From Eledone cirrhosa (taxonomy: Eukaryota), in NCBI GenBank assembly GCA_964016885.1, contig OZ024741.1, positions 354,578,001 through 354,642,000 of the forward strand: a DNA stretch of 64,000 nucleotides. Direction: 5' to 3'. Position numbers and translations under genes: made by a program. This document shows positions 60,387-64,000 of this stretch, piece by piece. The notes under the pieces were generated by a model, which did no database searches, was not told the DNA's origin, and saw only the letters and a list, made by a program, of their open reading frames with translations. The number at the start of each line of letters is the position of its first letter. Position 1 is the stretch's first letter.

Positions 60387-61905
60387 TAACTTTGATAGGT
60401 TTCGGCCAGTATTGGCCCAGGCCATGTCTAACTTAATAGCACCACCTGGCGAAGTCTTACAAATCAGGGTTTGGGCACCATGGCCCACTCGAGCAGAGAG
60501 TTATTGTTTACGGAGGCATATCCGGGTGTAGGAGGCTTATCCGGGATTTCTTGAAGGAATTTGACCAAAGACTTCTTGAACTTGATGGGGTCTGTTTCTG
60601 TTTTTTCTAAAGTGGATTAATTCAAACTTATCCTCATTCAACAGCATATTATTCATCTCTGCCCATTGGATAACACCCAGTAGGTCAGACTGAAGGCAAG
60701 TGCGGTCACCCACCTCATTGATGACACTTTGGAGCTTGGAATCATCTGCGAAGATTCTTATGTTGCTGTGCTTGATGATGTCAGTAATGTCATTAATGTA
60801 GATGATGAAAAGAAGTGGGCCCAACACAGTGCCTTGTGGGACGCCACTGCTGACTTTGGCAGGGCTTGATTTTACTCCTTCGACTATAACATGTTGAATT
60901 CTGTTTGTCAGGAAACATTTGATCCACTGTAGTAACTTTCCAGAGACACCAATATTGGATAGTTTCAGTAGAATCTTATGATCAACCCTGTCAAAGGCCT
61001 TGCTGAAATCAAGGTAGATGACATCAGTGTTGGAGCCCTCTCCCAAGGCTCTCAAAACATCGTCAAAGTGATGGAGGAGTTGCGTTAGGCAGTCCCTTCC
61101 ATTACGGAACCCATGTTGGCTGGAGTTCAGCAGGCCGTTGCTTTCAAGAAAGTGGGTTATTCGTGATCTCACCACCCTCTCAAATACATTGACAATATGA
61201 GAGGTGAGTGAGATCGGACGGTAGTTCACTGCAAGGGACTCATTTCCCTTTTTGAAGACTGGGACAGAAATTTTTTAGGAATATAGCCAGTGTCCAGTGA
61301 GTTCCTCCACAGATTAGTAAGAAGAGATGCAAGTTGGTGTCGACACACCTTCAGGACACAAGCAGGGAACCTGTCGGGGCCTACTGCTGAATTGTGTTTA
61401 ATTTCGTTTATTGCCGCTAAGCCATCAGGGGCGCCAAACGTTATGTCTGATATAGTGTGTTGGGGGTTAATATCACTGATACAGCCCAGATCGGCCATAT
61501 CAGGATTGTTGAAAACAGAGCAGTATTGTTTCTGTAGTATCTCGCCCATGGTTTTGGCATTATCTTGGAGTGTGCCATTTTCATCAACTAGGGGGCCAAC
61601 AGTGGAGATAGTGACCTTGTGTTTTTTAGCAAATGAAAAGATCACTTTGTGGTTGAGTTTTATTTTCTCAATGGCCCACCTCTCTTCAGCTGTTCTCTGG
61701 TTATTGATGATCGTCTTCATGCACTGTTGGAGATTATCTTTTTTTTTATTCAAGCAGGGCGATAGCCGTCGAATGTGTGTGTGTTGCTGTTGGCAGTAGT
61801 TTAGTGTGTTAATTATTTTGTTTGTTCTTTTTATTTTTCTGATAATTTTTTTTCTGTTTTGGGAGATACTGCACTTAGTTTTGTTCACAGGTTTTGGTGC
61901 GGTGT
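60387..61905 (-). mobile_element. CR1/L2-group LINE RT, 5'-truncated, frameshifted, with internal deletion near 60600
   Basis: GPD.F...VLK, NYRPISLTS, QHGFR, YLDFSKAFDRV, GVPQGTVLGPLLF, FADD. Confidence 0.93.
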
Positions 61906-63238
61906 GTTTTGTACATATATTTGTGACAGTGTCTACAAAGATCTGTCAAGATGTTTTGATATATATATATATATATAATATAGAGGTCATCGTAAGCAAT
62001 TAATGAAAAATATTCGAATCGGATTTAAAAGATTATGTTAGGAAATTTTAGTAAAAATATATTTTATTATGTCTATATAATAAATTATGTGCTCCATACA
62101 AAACGTCATAAGGGACTCCAAGTGGCTCATGCCTGACTTAAAACAAGGTGAACTCGATTATTTAAACTTAAGTGTTTCAGCCATGGACACACGTAACAAC
62201 ATTGAGATAGCACGAAGAACCGACTCTACAGCAGTTTTTCCACTACCCTCTCAAGGGCAGTGATTCAAAACCTTTTCATTACTAAGTTCACTTAGCATCC
62301 ACTCAAATCTGGCCGGCATGTCATATATGTATGCGTATGCATGCGAGCATAGAGCATTTAGGAGTTCAATGTTTGCCGGTGCGAGGCGACGAATTGGTGG
62401 AACCGTAAGAAAATCGGATAGAATGCTTTGCTGTATTTGGTCCGGTTCGGCGCACACTGAATTCAAATCCAGCCGAGGTCAACTTTATCTTTCATCCTTT
62501 CGGGGGTGATAAAACCAGTATCAGTCCACTAATGGGACCGATTCTTCCTCTATATCTCTTTTTTGCCCCACCTCTCTCTCTTTCTCTGGAAAAAATCAGG
62601 TGTGTTCAGACCTGGAGAAGGGATAGGCCCCGCCAGGTTTAAAGTGCCCAAGACGGCACACCTACGACTTCACCATGAGTTACGGCTCTATGCATACATA
62701 TTTGCAGGGGATCGTGTAATGATGAATTCATTTCCACTCTTTATTTGCGGTACTATGTAAGACCTTTCTTCTATGTATGTGTGTGTGCCTCAAGGAAATC
62801 GTGTGAAGTTTATTGTCCAGCTGACTCACTGTCCAATTTAACACAGCAAACAAACAACAACCAGATAGTAGATATTTTAGTAAAATATTTAATAAATATT
62901 TACCGTGTGTGTTGTTGCTTGGCAAATATGACAATGTCATCCGTGTTCAAAATGAATTTTCTCACAGACACCTGAATTTTGAAAGATCTGCATACTCAAT
63001 AAACTCACCCCTCATTCTCTGCTCCCACCTCGGAAGATCCAAAGACCACAGGTTGTGGGCCGCTCAACTAGAGGGTCTAACCCAGGGTCTCCCAAACTTT
63101 TTTGCGTCACCTATTACATGGAAAAATTTCCACCGCCCACCTGTATGGTAAATATTGAAAAGTATACCGAAAATGTTAGGTAAAAGTTCGTTACTGTTTC
63201 GTAAGCTGACTTTTTATGATGTAGTAAAAATACCAAGT

Positions 63239-63520
63239 GGAGGCGCGTGGCCTAGTGGTAAGGGTGTTGGACTTACAATCATAATGTGTGGGTTCGAATC
63301 CTGGACCGTGTTGTGTGTTGTGTTCTTGAAAAAAACACTTAATTTCACATTGCTCCAGTATACTCAGCTGAAAATGAGTACCAACAGTGGATACGGGTTT
63401 AACCCTGCAATTGACTGGCATCCTATCCAGGGAGGAGTCTTGTACTCTCAGTCGCTTAATGCCATGGAAACCAGGATAAGCACCAGCCCGATGAGCCTCC
63501 GGGCTCGAGACAGACTTCAC
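63239..63520 (+). mobile_element. tRNA-headed CORE-like SINE (second family)
   Basis: Box A tggcctagtgg, box B ggttcgaatcc, then tgtgttcttg...cactt and aaccctgc.attgactggcatcc.atccaggg blocks. Confidence 0.7.
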
Positions 63521-64000
63521 AAAAAACACCAAAGGGAGGTAACAAACAATACTGACTTAAAATGAGCTGGTTCTCTGAATAATGTTGCAAAATAATACTG
63601 TATTAAAGAACAAATGAAAGCAAACTTGACCATTTAAAACTGTATTTTATTAAATTTTATTATAATTAATTTTGTCGTTTAGGAAAAATATCACATTTTG
63701 AAGCAATCAGAGAAGTGGGTGTTTTGAAAAAATAAAATTGTATCAACAGTTCGACAAAACGGACAACACAATTGACTTTTGACAACCATCACACTGTAGT
63801 ATGGTACAAAAGCCTCACATAGTCATCATCATTATCAAGCCATAGTTGACGGAAATTTCGTTGAGACAAAGAATTCAATTTTAGTTTGTTCATAGTTTTA
63901 ATAGCTAAGTGCAGTACATCACTAAGATTACCGTGGATATTTTATGCCATAAAATGCTGCCGGTGAGCCATACAATGAACTGTTAAACAGTTCAAGTTTT

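Overview
AT-rich, repeat-saturated metazoan DNA with no supportable host protein-coding exon. The SINE repertoire and the (TA)n/(CA)n/(TACA)n density suggest a cephalopod (Octopus-like) genome; this is inference only. Recognisable content: one intact tRNA-Ala(TGC); a near full-length Ty3/gypsy LTR retrotransposon (47563-51730) with a -1 frameshift signal; a Naiad-type Penelope-like element (PLE) whose RT and GIY-YIG halves point in opposite directions; fragments of CRE, R4/Dong, Tx1/L1, RTE and CR1/L2-group LINEs; nested Helitrons; a Buster hAT and a hAT MITE; many SINEs; minisatellites; and a 9-kb (GGT)-based satellite. The main signal not explained by the ORF track is about ten type I hammerhead ribozyme motifs, found by eye, from about six unrelated non-coding sequence families. 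They sit in fold-back palindromes or partial-tandem units embedded in (TA)n, which looks like a diverse PLE-mobilised retrozyme/pLTR system. One of these ribozymes is split in its catalytic core by the gypsy element, with no visible TSD. All folds were derived by hand and none is experimentally verified.
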